Positions 31,073 to 39,285 of a stretch of 64,000 nt of DNA are shown one piece after another (position 1 is the stretch's first letter; every line of letters starts with the position of its first letter). The stretch is from Candidatus Amesbacteria bacterium RIFCSPLOWO2_01_FULL_49_25. Its GTDB lineage: Bacteria > Patescibacteriota > Microgenomatia > CAZETR01 > Amesbacteraceae. A program made the translations under genes and the position numbers. Where the stretch lies: NCBI GenBank assembly GCA_001773725.1, contig MEXP01000009.1, positions 5,073 through 69,072 on the forward strand, in the 5' to 3' direction. The notes under the pieces were generated by a model that saw only the letters and a program-made list of their open reading frames with translations, was not told where the DNA came from and searched no databases.

Positions 31073-32649
31073 TTTTTGGTAAGAATATAGTAGAGAGGTA
31101 AGCCGGTGGGTGAAGTAATAATTTGGTCGACAGTTACTCCCCCAATGGTGCCAGTGCCAATTTCATCACGAACGCTGGCTAAATATGCTTCCCCGGGCTG
31201 AAGCAACTGAGAAAAGCCAGTTTCGGCTACACGATTTTTGAGGGTTCCAAAGTAATATTTGCCAATATTGTAGCCATCGAAGGCCGAGGTGGGATTTGAG
31301 TCTCTGAGAGGATATTCACTTTGGAACAGGGCCGGATCGTAGGCGAACCAGAAAAGAAAGCGGGATAAGGTAAATTCGTAAGTGTTATTGAGATAAACCC
31401 GTGAAAAATTGGAATCCTGGGACTTGAGATAAGTGAGGGCAGTTTTGAAGCCGGGTTGCCAGAATCGCCAAGCGTCGTGGGTCCACTCGATATAGTAACG
31501 GTATAAGTAAAAGCTGAAATTGAAAACGGCAAAGGCGCCCAATGCAAAAAAGAGCAGTTTTTTGGGTCGCAGATAGTTCAGGCCGGCGGCAGAGAGGAGG
31601 ATGAGGGGGGGGAGCATAACGATAAGCCGGCCGGCGTGATTACCGCCATCCTTGGTCATGGCCGAAGCAATTGGAGCAATTAATAGCCATCCCAAAATTA
31701 GTTTGTTTCTGAAAAAGAATAGGCCGAGAGCGACAGTGGCAACTTCAAAAAAATAAAGCATGCCCATGCCGCCGACAGCGTGGCGTAAGATGGGGTCACC
31801 TGAGAAAAACAGAAATTCCGTGGAAAAAGAACGGAGATAATTATTGAGGATTTCCTGGGGATAATAAATCAGGCGGTTACGAAAGACGGGGGTAAGCGGA
31901 GAGGAACTTTCTACCCGACGGCGAATGATATCTTCGCGCAGCGTAGAGTCGGAAAAGACGGAGATTTGAGAGAAGCGCCGGGAGGTAATTTGCTGGGATA
32001 AGCCGTAGATATAGGGTGTAAGTAAAACCAGACCAAAAATAATAGGCACGATGAGTTTGCCGGTTAAGGTTCGGAGAGAGATTAACAAAATCAAGATCAG
32101 GAGGGGGACGAAAACTGCCGCCACGGAATAAGCGTAAAAGGAAAGAGCAAGAAACAGGGCGGCCAGAGTATAACGACGACGCAAGAAAAGAGAAACTCCT
32201 AAAACTGAGAGAAGCATGACGGCCAAGTTATCGTTTGACCAGCGGGAAAACTGAATATGCCAGGGAGATATAGTTGTAAGTAACATGGCGGTGAAACCCA
32301 GGCGCTGACTTACAATCTGACTGCCTAAGACGAAAATAGCCAGGATGGAGAAAAGAGAAAGAATAACCATGGGTAAACGAACGGTCCACTCAGTGAGTCC
32401 AAAAACAGCCACGAAGGGAATTGTCAGATAGTGAAGAAGGGGAAGGCGATATTCGGAAAAGGATTGGAGAAATATGGGGAGAGGATGGCCAAGATAATCT
32501 TTGCCGGTTCTGAGGAGAGAATGGGCTTGGATGCCGACGTCAATTTCGTCACCCGTGAGCTCAACTGGCAGGTTATCCAGCTGATAGACACGAATCACTA
32601 CTGAAAATAACAAAATGAGACAGAAGAGAACCCACGAAAGGCGGGACAT
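31069..32649 (-). CDS. GT-C-fold membrane glycosyltransferase, PMT_2/ArnT-like (family A, divergent)
   Basis: 'LTGDEIDVGIQAHSLLRTGKDYLGHPLPI...FGLTEWTVRLPMVILS'. Confidence 0.75.
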   Translation of the reverse strand: MSRLSWVLFCLILLFSVVIRVYQLDNLPVELTGDEIDVGIQAHSLLRTGKDYLGHPLPIFLQSFSEYRLPLLHYLTIPFVAVFGLTEWTVRLPMVILSLFSILAIFVLGSQIVSQRLGFTAMLLTTISPWHIQFSRWSNDNLAVMLLSVLGVSLFLRRRYTLAALFLALSFYAYSVAAVFVPLLILILLISLRTLTGKLIVPIIFGLVLLTPYIYGLSQQITSRRFSQISVFSDSTLREDIIRRRVESSSPLTPVFRNRLIYYPQEILNNYLRSFSTEFLFFSGDPILRHAVGGMGMLYFFEVATVALGLFFFRNKLILGWLLIAPIASAMTKDGGNHAGRLIVMLPPLILLSAAGLNYLRPKKLLFFALGAFAVFNFSFYLYRYYIEWTHDAWRFWQPGFKTALTYLKSQDSNFSRVYLNNTYEFTLSRFLFWFAYDPALFQSEYPLRDSNPTSAFDGYNIGKYYFGTLKNRVAETGFSQLLQPGEAYLASVRDEIGTGTIGGVTVDQIITSPTGLPLYYILTKK

Positions 32650-32651
32650 GG

Positions 32652-34472
32652 TTATATTCTACCTTTTGCCCATTGCTCTTGCCAAACACTAAAGGCAAAA
32701 ACCATCCAAAGAGTCCGCAGGTGGTTTTGAGACCAAGCCGCATCCACAAACACCCGAGGGAAGGCGTCTGAAATATCGCGACGATAAACGTAATCGGATA
32801 CTATGGTTTTGAGCGGACCAGAAATCCAGTCCGAAAGGGGTAGACCGAAGCCTTTTTTTGGTCGGTTACGGATGTTTTCGGGAAGTTTGCCTTTGAGTAA
32901 ATTGCGTAAAGGCAATTTGGTGCTAAAAAGGCTAGTGAAAGGAGAAGTTTGGGAAAAAGCAAAGCTGATAATTTCCCGGTCAAGATAGGGTACGCGAACT
33001 TCCAGGCCATTAAACATGGAGGCTCGATCTGACTTGAGAAGCATGGCGTCGCGCAAATACGTTTGAAAATCCAGAAGTTGAGCGGTTTTGACCTGGTCTT
33101 GGGGGTATGGAAGTGAGAAAAGCTCTTTAATTGGAGAGGTTTTAAATAACGCCTCTGGTGCAATTTGGCCTGTGGTGAAAAAAACCATCCACTGGAGTTG
33201 ACGGTGAAGTACCGGCAGACCAAGTCCAGAAAAAAAATTGGCAAGCGTGTCTCCAAATTTATAACTGGATGAAAAGAGGGGGAATTTTACAGCAGGTATA
33301 TTTTGAGCCAGATTGACCAACAAGGATTTAAAACTAGATGGAAACCAGGGCAGAAGGTTGGCAAAGCGGTGGCCCAAATATGTAGGGTAACCGGCGAATA
33401 CTTCGTCCCCCCCGTCTCCGGATAGGGCAACTTTGACATGAGAGCTGGCCAGGCGGCAGACGTGGTAGGTGGGAAACAGTGACGGATCGGCAAAAGGTTG
33501 ATCCATGAGTTTTTGGATGACGGGAAAATCGGTGAGTAGATCGGAAGCGGAATACGGCTGGTCAAAATGGCGAGTACCCAAAATCTTGGCTACTTGGGCT
33601 GCATGAGAACCTTCATTGAAGTCCTGATGAGCGAAGGAGATGGAAAAACTTTTAACTTCGTGTTTTTGCCGCGTAAGGTAATAGGCCAGGATTGAGGAAT
33701 CCAGGCCGCCGGAAAGAAGCAGACCAACGGGCACGTCGGCGATGGCTTGGCGCGAGACGACGGTATCCAACATAGAATCCAGATCTGCGGGCTCCGGGTT
33801 GGGCTGGGAAAAAAGGTCGTAATATTGATGTATTTTCAGGCCAGATTGGGAAAACGTAAGAGTGCTGCCCGGGGGAAGCTGGAAGATGTCCTGGTAAATA
33901 GTTCTAGGAGTTGGGACATAACCTAAGAAGGTGTATAAAAAAAGAGAGTCGGGATCGATTTTTGGGGTCTGAATAACAGACAAAATAGTTTTAATCTCGG
34001 AGCCGAAGATTAATTTGCTGCCTTTATGGTGATAAAACAGGGGTTTGATGCCGGCGTGATCACGGGCCAAGAGCAAGCTTTGTTTCTTCTCATCCCATAG
34101 AGCAAAAGTAAACATTCCGTTTAATTTTTGGAGAAAGTCCTTGCCCGAATCTTCATATAGGTGAACCAAGGTTTCGGTATCCGAAGTAGTTTTTAGCTTA
34201 TGACCATTTTTTATAAGCTGCTCCCGAATCAATTTGTAGTTGTAAATTTCGCCATTGAATACGACAGTTAATGAGCCGTCCTCGTTGCTGATAGGCTGAT
34301 CGCCGGTTTTTAAATCGATGATTTTCAGACGGCGGATGCCCAGACCCACGTGGTTTTTTACAAAACTGCCGCCAGAGTCCGGCCCGCGGTGAACAATTGT
34401 TTTAGCTATTTTCCCGATTTGGGAAGAAATGACTGGGGATGAAAAATCAACAATGCCAGCAATTCCACACAT
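32652..34472 (-). CDS. Asparagine synthetase (glutamine-hydrolysing) family amidotransferase (AsnB/WbpS-like)
   Basis: N-terminal 'MCGIAGIV' Ntn-glutaminase nucleophile, 'LLSGGLDSS' PP-loop ATP pyrophosphatase motif. Confidence 0.85.
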   Translation of the reverse strand: MCGIAGIVDFSSPVISSQIGKIAKTIVHRGPDSGGSFVKNHVGLGIRRLKIIDLKTGDQPISNEDGSLTVVFNGEIYNYKLIREQLIKNGHKLKTTSDTETLVHLYEDSGKDFLQKLNGMFTFALWDEKKQSLLLARDHAGIKPLFYHHKGSKLIFGSEIKTILSVIQTPKIDPDSLFLYTFLGYVPTPRTIYQDIFQLPPGSTLTFSQSGLKIHQYYDLFSQPNPEPADLDSMLDTVVSRQAIADVPVGLLLSGGLDSSILAYYLTRQKHEVKSFSISFAHQDFNEGSHAAQVAKILGTRHFDQPYSASDLLTDFPVIQKLMDQPFADPSLFPTYHVCRLASSHVKVALSGDGGDEVFAGYPTYLGHRFANLLPWFPSSFKSLLVNLAQNIPAVKFPLFSSSYKFGDTLANFFSGLGLPVLHRQLQWMVFFTTGQIAPEALFKTSPIKELFSLPYPQDQVKTAQLLDFQTYLRDAMLLKSDRASMFNGLEVRVPYLDREIISFAFSQTSPFTSLFSTKLPLRNLLKGKLPENIRNRPKKGFGLPLSDWISGPLKTIVSDYVYRRDISDAFPRVFVDAAWSQNHLRTLWMVFAFSVWQEQWAKGRI

Positions 34473-34474
34473 TG

Positions 34475-35416
34475 TTACAAATTCTTAATCTCTTTAATTT
34501 CGTAAATGGGCTTTTGGCGAGATTCGAAGTAAACACGAACCATGAGTTCGGACATAAGACCCAACAGAATAAATGACACACCAATAAAAACTAGAAACAT
34601 GGCAATGATAAACATGGGGTTGTTGTGAACGAAGACGCCTAGAAATAATTTACGGTAGACAACTTGGACAAAGGCGGGGACAGAGAGGGCCAGGGAAACT
34701 AGACCGCCGGTGCCAAAGATGTAGGCTGGCTTGGTAGAGTAGGAGTCCAGAAATTTGGTGGTGATAATGTCGATAATAGTTTTGACCGACCGGGAATAAC
34801 CGTATTTGGAACGGCCGTGGGTACGGGGACGGTGACTGACTTCAATTTCTTTGAAGCGGGCTCCGCGCAGAACCACGAGTAGTGAAAGAAGGCGATGGTT
34901 TTCACCATACAAACGCATGTTGGCAAAAATCTCCCGACGAACAATACGTGTCGTACAGCCTAAATCCTTAATGGTGACATGAAAAATTGAACGGATGAGC
35001 CAGTTGGCTATTTTGGAAACAGCAACACGGATCAAGTCGTCGTGGCGGTGTTTGCGCCACCCAAAGATGGCGTCGGTATTGGAATCTAACATATCTAACA
35101 TTTTGAGCAAGTCGGGGGGAGGGTTTTGACCGTCGGCATCGAGAAAAGCGATAAAGTTTCCGCGGCTGTGGTCAATGCCGGCTGAAGTTGCTGCTGTTTG
35201 GCCGTGATTGTGCCAGAAATGAATCATCTTGACGGTAATATTGGGGTGGGGTGCCTGAGGAATAGAGGGGTTATCAGTACTACCGTCGTCTATGTAAATA
35301 ATTTCGGTAGTACCTCGGATCTGGGAGAGGGTGTGAACCAATTCCGAATGCAACTGGGTTAAATTTTCTTGTTCATTGTAAAAGGGAACGATAACGGAAA
35401 GTTTGGGATTGGCCAT
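34475..35416 (-). CDS. GtrB/ArnC/DPM1-like GT2 polyprenyl-phosphate sugar synthase with C-terminal TM helices
   Basis: 'LSVIVPFYNEQENL', 'IIYIDDGSTDN', 'FLDADGQNPP', two C-terminal hydrophobic helices ('LVSLALSVPAFVQVV', 'FIIAMFLVFIGVSFILLGL'). Confidence 0.8.
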   Translation of the reverse strand: MANPKLSVIVPFYNEQENLTQLHSELVHTLSQIRGTTEIIYIDDGSTDNPSIPQAPHPNITVKMIHFWHNHGQTAATSAGIDHSRGNFIAFLDADGQNPPPDLLKMLDMLDSNTDAIFGWRKHRHDDLIRVAVSKIANWLIRSIFHVTIKDLGCTTRIVRREIFANMRLYGENHRLLSLLVVLRGARFKEIEVSHRPRTHGRSKYGYSRSVKTIIDIITTKFLDSYSTKPAYIFGTGGLVSLALSVPAFVQVVYRKLFLGVFVHNNPMFIIAMFLVFIGVSFILLGLMSELMVRVYFESRQKPIYEIKEIKNL

Positions 35417-35439
35417 GACTTTTTGATATTATACCCCCA

Positions 35440-36312
35440 GTGCTATCCGTAATCATCGTCTCGTACAATACCCGGGGAGTTACACTGGAATGCTTGAGAA
35501 AAGTACTGGCCTCGAAAAATATAGATCTGGAAGTAATGGTGGTGGATAATGCGTCGAGTGACGGAACGGTGGAAGCGATAGAAAAGCAATATAAGGATAT
35601 TGGAATATTAAGAAATAAAACTAACCTAGGGTTTGCCGGGGCAAACAACCAGGGTATGAAAATAGCCAAGGGTGAAAAGTTTTTACTTTTGAATAGCGAC
35701 TGTTTTGTTGAGCCCGTAACATTGGCCAAAATTTATAAATTGGATTTAGACGTGGTGGGATGCAAACTACTCAATAAAGACGGATCGGTCCAACCATCGT
35801 GGGGATACTTTCCTACTCTGCGACGAATATTGCAATTAATGCTATTTGTTGATAATTTTCCAGTGATTCGGAAGTTTATAGATTCGATTCATGTGCGGGA
35901 TGTGTCTCGATACGAAAGCCAGTTGGAAGTGGATTGGGTGACTGGGGCGTTTGTAATGGTTAAACGTGACGTTTTTGAAAAAGTAGGTGGAATTGATGAG
36001 AAATACTTTATGTACGGAGAGGAAATGGAGTGGATGTATCGAATTAAAAGGGCCGGATTTAAGGTATGGTACTCCCCCGTTGCTACGGCAATTCATTTAC
36101 TTGGGGCTAGTTCGTCAAACCGCGCGCCTGCAGTCACGGGAGAAATGAAAGGTTGGATTTATTGGTTTTCTAAACATAATTCTGGATTTGAACAAAAAAT
36201 TTTGCCTTGGGTGATTTTGAAAGGATGTATTTTGCGAATATTTCTCAAGCCGAAGTTGTCCAGCTACTACGCTCAGGCAATTTCTGAAATTATTGGCCGG
36301 AGGACGGGATAA
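35440..36312 (+). CDS. GT2 family glycosyltransferase
   Basis: 'MLSVIIVSYNTRGVTLECL', 'VMVVDNASSDGT', 'LLLNSDCFV'; one of only three convincing plus-strand genes. Confidence 0.85.
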   Translation: MLSVIIVSYNTRGVTLECLRKVLASKNIDLEVMVVDNASSDGTVEAIEKQYKDIGILRNKTNLGFAGANNQGMKIAKGEKFLLLNSDCFVEPVTLAKIYKLDLDVVGCKLLNKDGSVQPSWGYFPTLRRILQLMLFVDNFPVIRKFIDSIHVRDVSRYESQLEVDWVTGAFVMVKRDVFEKVGGIDEKYFMYGEEMEWMYRIKRAGFKVWYSPVATAIHLLGASSSNRAPAVTGEMKGWIYWFSKHNSGFEQKILPWVILKGCILRIFLKPKLSSYYAQAISEIIGRRTG

Positions 36313-36319
36313 ACCCGTA

Positions 36320-37066
36320 TTATTTTTTCCGGAAAACAAATATATGAGGGCGGAGGCCATGAATAAATAGAGGAAGATCTTTAACAAGTGTAAATTTTGA
36401 TGAAAGGGTGTGGTGAATGAGGTTGGTTTCTTGGGATAAAATAACCATTAACCCTTCAGGCTTGAGCCACTTAAGTGCGTTGTTAGCAAACGATGAATAA
36501 ACTCTCTCATTATCTACATGTTTTCCCGATCGGATGCCAAATGGTAGATTGGTAATTATTTTATCGATGCTAGTTACTCCAAGCTTTAGATCTTTAACGT
36601 CTGAGTGAATTACAATCAGCTTATCGGGACTAATATTTGCGGCGATTGCGTTTTTTCTAACGCAAGCAGTCGAGTAACTACTAATGTCTGATGCGATAGC
36701 AAGCCGTGCTTGATAATAGAGAAGTGCACTTATGGGAATTGTCCCCCCACCGCAAAAGGGATCCAAAACAGAATCGGCGGGGGTGATTTGGGCAAGCTCA
36801 CACATGACACAAGCCAGAGACGGGTTTATTCCTGCTGCGAGCATGCACACTCGCCAGTTACGCTGATAGAGTTTAATTGAGACGTGTTGATCGGTAACTG
36901 AAAGCGCAGTTTTGAGGAACTGGAAATCGGCCGGTGACCTGTCTGATTCAAAGGAGATAATGCTAACCTTGGTATGAAGCTCAACACTGGGAGAAAGCCT
37001 TGGAGAAAGTTGTTTTAATACTATTTCCTCTGTACCTTGAATTATAGTAATATCAATTTTTGACAT
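36320..37066 (-). CDS. UPF0020/RlmL-Trm14-like SAM-dependent methyltransferase (putative RNA N2-G/N6-A type, with N-terminal THUMP-like region)
   Basis: 'VLDPFCGGGTIPISAL' (motif I) and 'ITNLPFG' ([DN]PP[YF]-type motif IV); start re-set to MSKIDI (37066). Confidence 0.55.
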   Translation of the reverse strand: MSKIDITIIQGTEEIVLKQLSPRLSPSVELHTKVSIISFESDRSPADFQFLKTALSVTDQHVSIKLYQRNWRVCMLAAGINPSLACVMCELAQITPADSVLDPFCGGGTIPISALLYYQARLAIASDISSYSTACVRKNAIAANISPDKLIVIHSDVKDLKLGVTSIDKIITNLPFGIRSGKHVDNERVYSSFANNALKWLKPEGLMVILSQETNLIHHTLSSKFTLVKDLPLFIHGLRPHIFVFRKK

Positions 37067-37976
37067 CTTGACCCAAGAATCGATGTGATGTCCAAATAAT
37101 AACTGCCAGAATGGCGGCTTTAAACCAACCGTTGTACCAAATCCCCGATTCAGTTCGATAACGTTCCATTGAAGGAGTTGTATTGGGGAGGTGCAACATT
37201 TTTCTACACGGATAGACAACTGTTTCAATGAGGTTCCGATATTTTAGATTGGATAATTTTTTAGAACTTTGACCATGTTCGTGAATGATGGTAATTTGAG
37301 GATTGTAGTAGACTTTTAATTTTGCACGCCGAATTCGGCGACAATAATCCATATCTTCAAAATACATAAAAACTTCCTCTGTAAATTTCCCCACTTTAAC
37401 GATCGTAGTTTTAGGGAAAAACATGCAGGCACCAGAGACTGAAGAGACTTCAGCAATACCAGGTGGAGAATATTTAGCTGTCAGGCCTTTTTGGCCAAGC
37501 CAGTATTCGCGAAAAGTAGTGATTATCGATGGTTCGAGAAAAACTGAGCCCTGGGGCGTGCCGTCGGGATTGATAAATTTTGGTCCCATGACGCCCAAAT
37601 CGGAATGCGAATAGACAAACTCCAAGGATCGGGTAAAGAAATCTTTGGGCAGACGGGTGTCTGGATTGAGGAGAAGTATGTAGTCTCCCCTACTCTGGCG
37701 CAATCCAATATTAACGCTTTTGGGGAAACCCAGGTTTTTGGTATTGGCAATGACATTGGTTTGGGAAAAAGATTTGGCAATTTTTAATGAGTTGTCTGTC
37801 GAAGCGTTATCGATGACAATTATTTCCAAGTTTGAATATTTGGTAGTAAATACTGAATCGAGACAGCGTTTCAATGAATCGGCTACATTCCAGCTGACTA
37901 TAATTACGGATATGAGCGGAGTGCTGTCAGGCATAAAGATTTGGCAAAACTTGGGCATATATTTTGATTTTTTCAT
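37053..37976 (-). CDS. GT2 family glycosyltransferase
   Basis: 'LISVIIVSWNVADSLKRCL', 'IIVIDNASTDNS', 'LLLNPDTRL'. Confidence 0.85.
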   Translation of the reverse strand: MKKSKYMPKFCQIFMPDSTPLISVIIVSWNVADSLKRCLDSVFTTKYSNLEIIVIDNASTDNSLKIAKSFSQTNVIANTKNLGFPKSVNIGLRQSRGDYILLLNPDTRLPKDFFTRSLEFVYSHSDLGVMGPKFINPDGTPQGSVFLEPSIITTFREYWLGQKGLTAKYSPPGIAEVSSVSGACMFFPKTTIVKVGKFTEEVFMYFEDMDYCRRIRRAKLKVYYNPQITIIHEHGQSSKKLSNLKYRNLIETVVYPCRKMLHLPNTTPSMERYRTESGIWYNGWFKAAILAVIIWTSHRFLGQDVKN

Positions 37977-38439
37977 TCAAACTCAGCGCGGCGTAACGAG
38001 GCGACGGCGAAGGAAGAGTGACGTAAACAATTGCGGGAAATTTTTCTATGATGTTTTTGAACAACAACCTGAATTTCTGTTCGACGAATCGGCTAGAGAA
38101 ATAAACCGTGTGTATGTTATGAGTTTCGAATATTTTTTGGATGGGGATAATGTTATAAACAATATTTGTCAGATTCGTATCAAGATTGTTTCCTTTAATC
38201 CTTTCGCATTGGTAGATAATGTCTGCAATAGCTAGACGGAGTTGAGTAAAAAGCTGCTGCTGCGGTTTTTTGTCGGTTAGTTTAGTTTGGTAGACAGTTT
38301 CGAGAATCGGCCAGAATTGATTTCTCTTGGTCCCATAAAACCAATTATAAATGCCCTTTCCGGTAAAACTGCCGAGAAGGAGGTATTTAGCTTGCGGGGG
38401 AATGAAAACGCCAAAGGGGTGGGTTTCTATCATAGCCAT
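37927..38439 (-). CDS. UDG-superfamily DNA glycosylase-like protein (hypoxanthine/deoxyinosine-DNA glycosylase-type)
   Basis: 'HPFGVFIPPQAKYLLLGSFTGKG...FYGTKRNQFWPIL' resembles the HPF..P..LILGSFPS...YY..P.N.FW signature of family-6 UDG/HDG proteins. Confidence 0.45.
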   Translation of the reverse strand: MAMIETHPFGVFIPPQAKYLLLGSFTGKGIYNWFYGTKRNQFWPILETVYQTKLTDKKPQQQLFTQLRLAIADIIYQCERIKGNNLDTNLTNIVYNIIPIQKIFETHNIHTVYFSSRFVEQKFRLLFKNIIEKFPAIVYVTLPSPSPRYAALSLNEKIKIYAQVLPNLYA

Positions 38440-39206
38440 TTGGCCAAGGCCATAAGGGTGGGAATAAAGTAACCGGGATGGCGAAAGATTTTTGATATCA
38501 GATGATAGATGTGAGATGGGTAATATTTCGAATCAAGATTTTTCCAGTGACAGAGTAAATAGTTGCGTTCTTTGATTAGCTGAAGTGATTTTCTGAGAAA
38601 TGTTTTATTGAAGGTGGATTCTGGAGCGGTGTGAGTTACTCTGGCCTTTGGTTCCCAAACAATCCCGTATCCTCTTTTCCGAGCCCGCCAGCTAATGTCG
38701 AGGTCTTCATAGTAACCAGGGGTAAATTTGGAGTCGAAGCCACCAAGTTCATCCCAAATTGACTTGCGGATGGCGCTGCTTCCACCGGAAGCCCAGAATG
38801 AAGAGTGAATTTTGTTATCCAAAGGGCCGTTGGTAAATTGTAAGAATCCGTCTTGGACTTCGGCTTTGGCCCAGGAACGATTTTGTTCATTGAAGGTGAC
38901 GGCGAAGGTTTTGGGATCTGCAAAATGAGGCAAAGTGTATTTGAGCAGGTCTTTATCCGGTTTGACATCCTGATTTAAGAGAATAACTATGTCGCCAGAG
39001 GTGGCGGAAAAGCCATCGTTAACTGATACGGGGAAACCCAGGTTTTTGGGGTGGCGGATTACTTTAGTGCCGGGTGCGCTTACTGGTTCTGAGGAGGCAT
39101 CATCAACGATAATTATTTCGTCGGCCCCCAGTTTCATGACCGCTGGCAGGTTGGCGACAAGAAACTTGGCCCCGTTGAAGGCGGGAATGACGACGGAGAT
39201 AGTCAT
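38430..39206 (-). CDS. GT2 family glycosyltransferase
   Basis: 'MTISVVIPAFNGAKFL', 'IIIVDDASSEP', 'ILLNQDVKP'. Confidence 0.85.
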   Translation of the reverse strand: MTISVVIPAFNGAKFLVANLPAVMKLGADEIIIVDDASSEPVSAPGTKVIRHPKNLGFPVSVNDGFSATSGDIVILLNQDVKPDKDLLKYTLPHFADPKTFAVTFNEQNRSWAKAEVQDGFLQFTNGPLDNKIHSSFWASGGSSAIRKSIWDELGGFDSKFTPGYYEDLDISWRARKRGYGIVWEPKARVTHTAPESTFNKTFLRKSLQLIKERNYLLCHWKNLDSKYYPSHIYHLISKIFRHPGYFIPTLMALAKWL

Positions 39207-39285
39207 GATGCCATTTTACGAGCTTTGACCAAAAGAAACATCCCCAGCAAAAACCGGTGGGTATCAATCAGAATTACCTGTTTAT
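39207..39285 (-). promoter_or_regulatory. Candidate internal promoter/UTR region (one of only two intergenic gaps >50 bp on the minus-strand block)
   Basis: 79-bp non-coding gap upstream of the GT2 gene at 38430-39206; AT-rich TAAAAT element near the start on the minus strand; no clear SD. Confidence 0.2.

Noticed and set aside
21986-32649. Interpreting the tandem membrane-protein paralogs as a repeat or assembly artefact
   Set aside because: The copies differ substantially at the protein level (distinct loop motifs and lengths 500-555 aa). Each has its own coupled start and stop. This is consistent with ancient duplication, not collapsed or expanded repeats.
32652-34472. Annotating the AsnB homolog as housekeeping asparagine synthetase
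   Set aside because: The domain call is solid but the biosynthetic role is not. Tight coupling within a glycosylation operon favours a sugar-modifying amidotransferase, so I kept the call at family level only.
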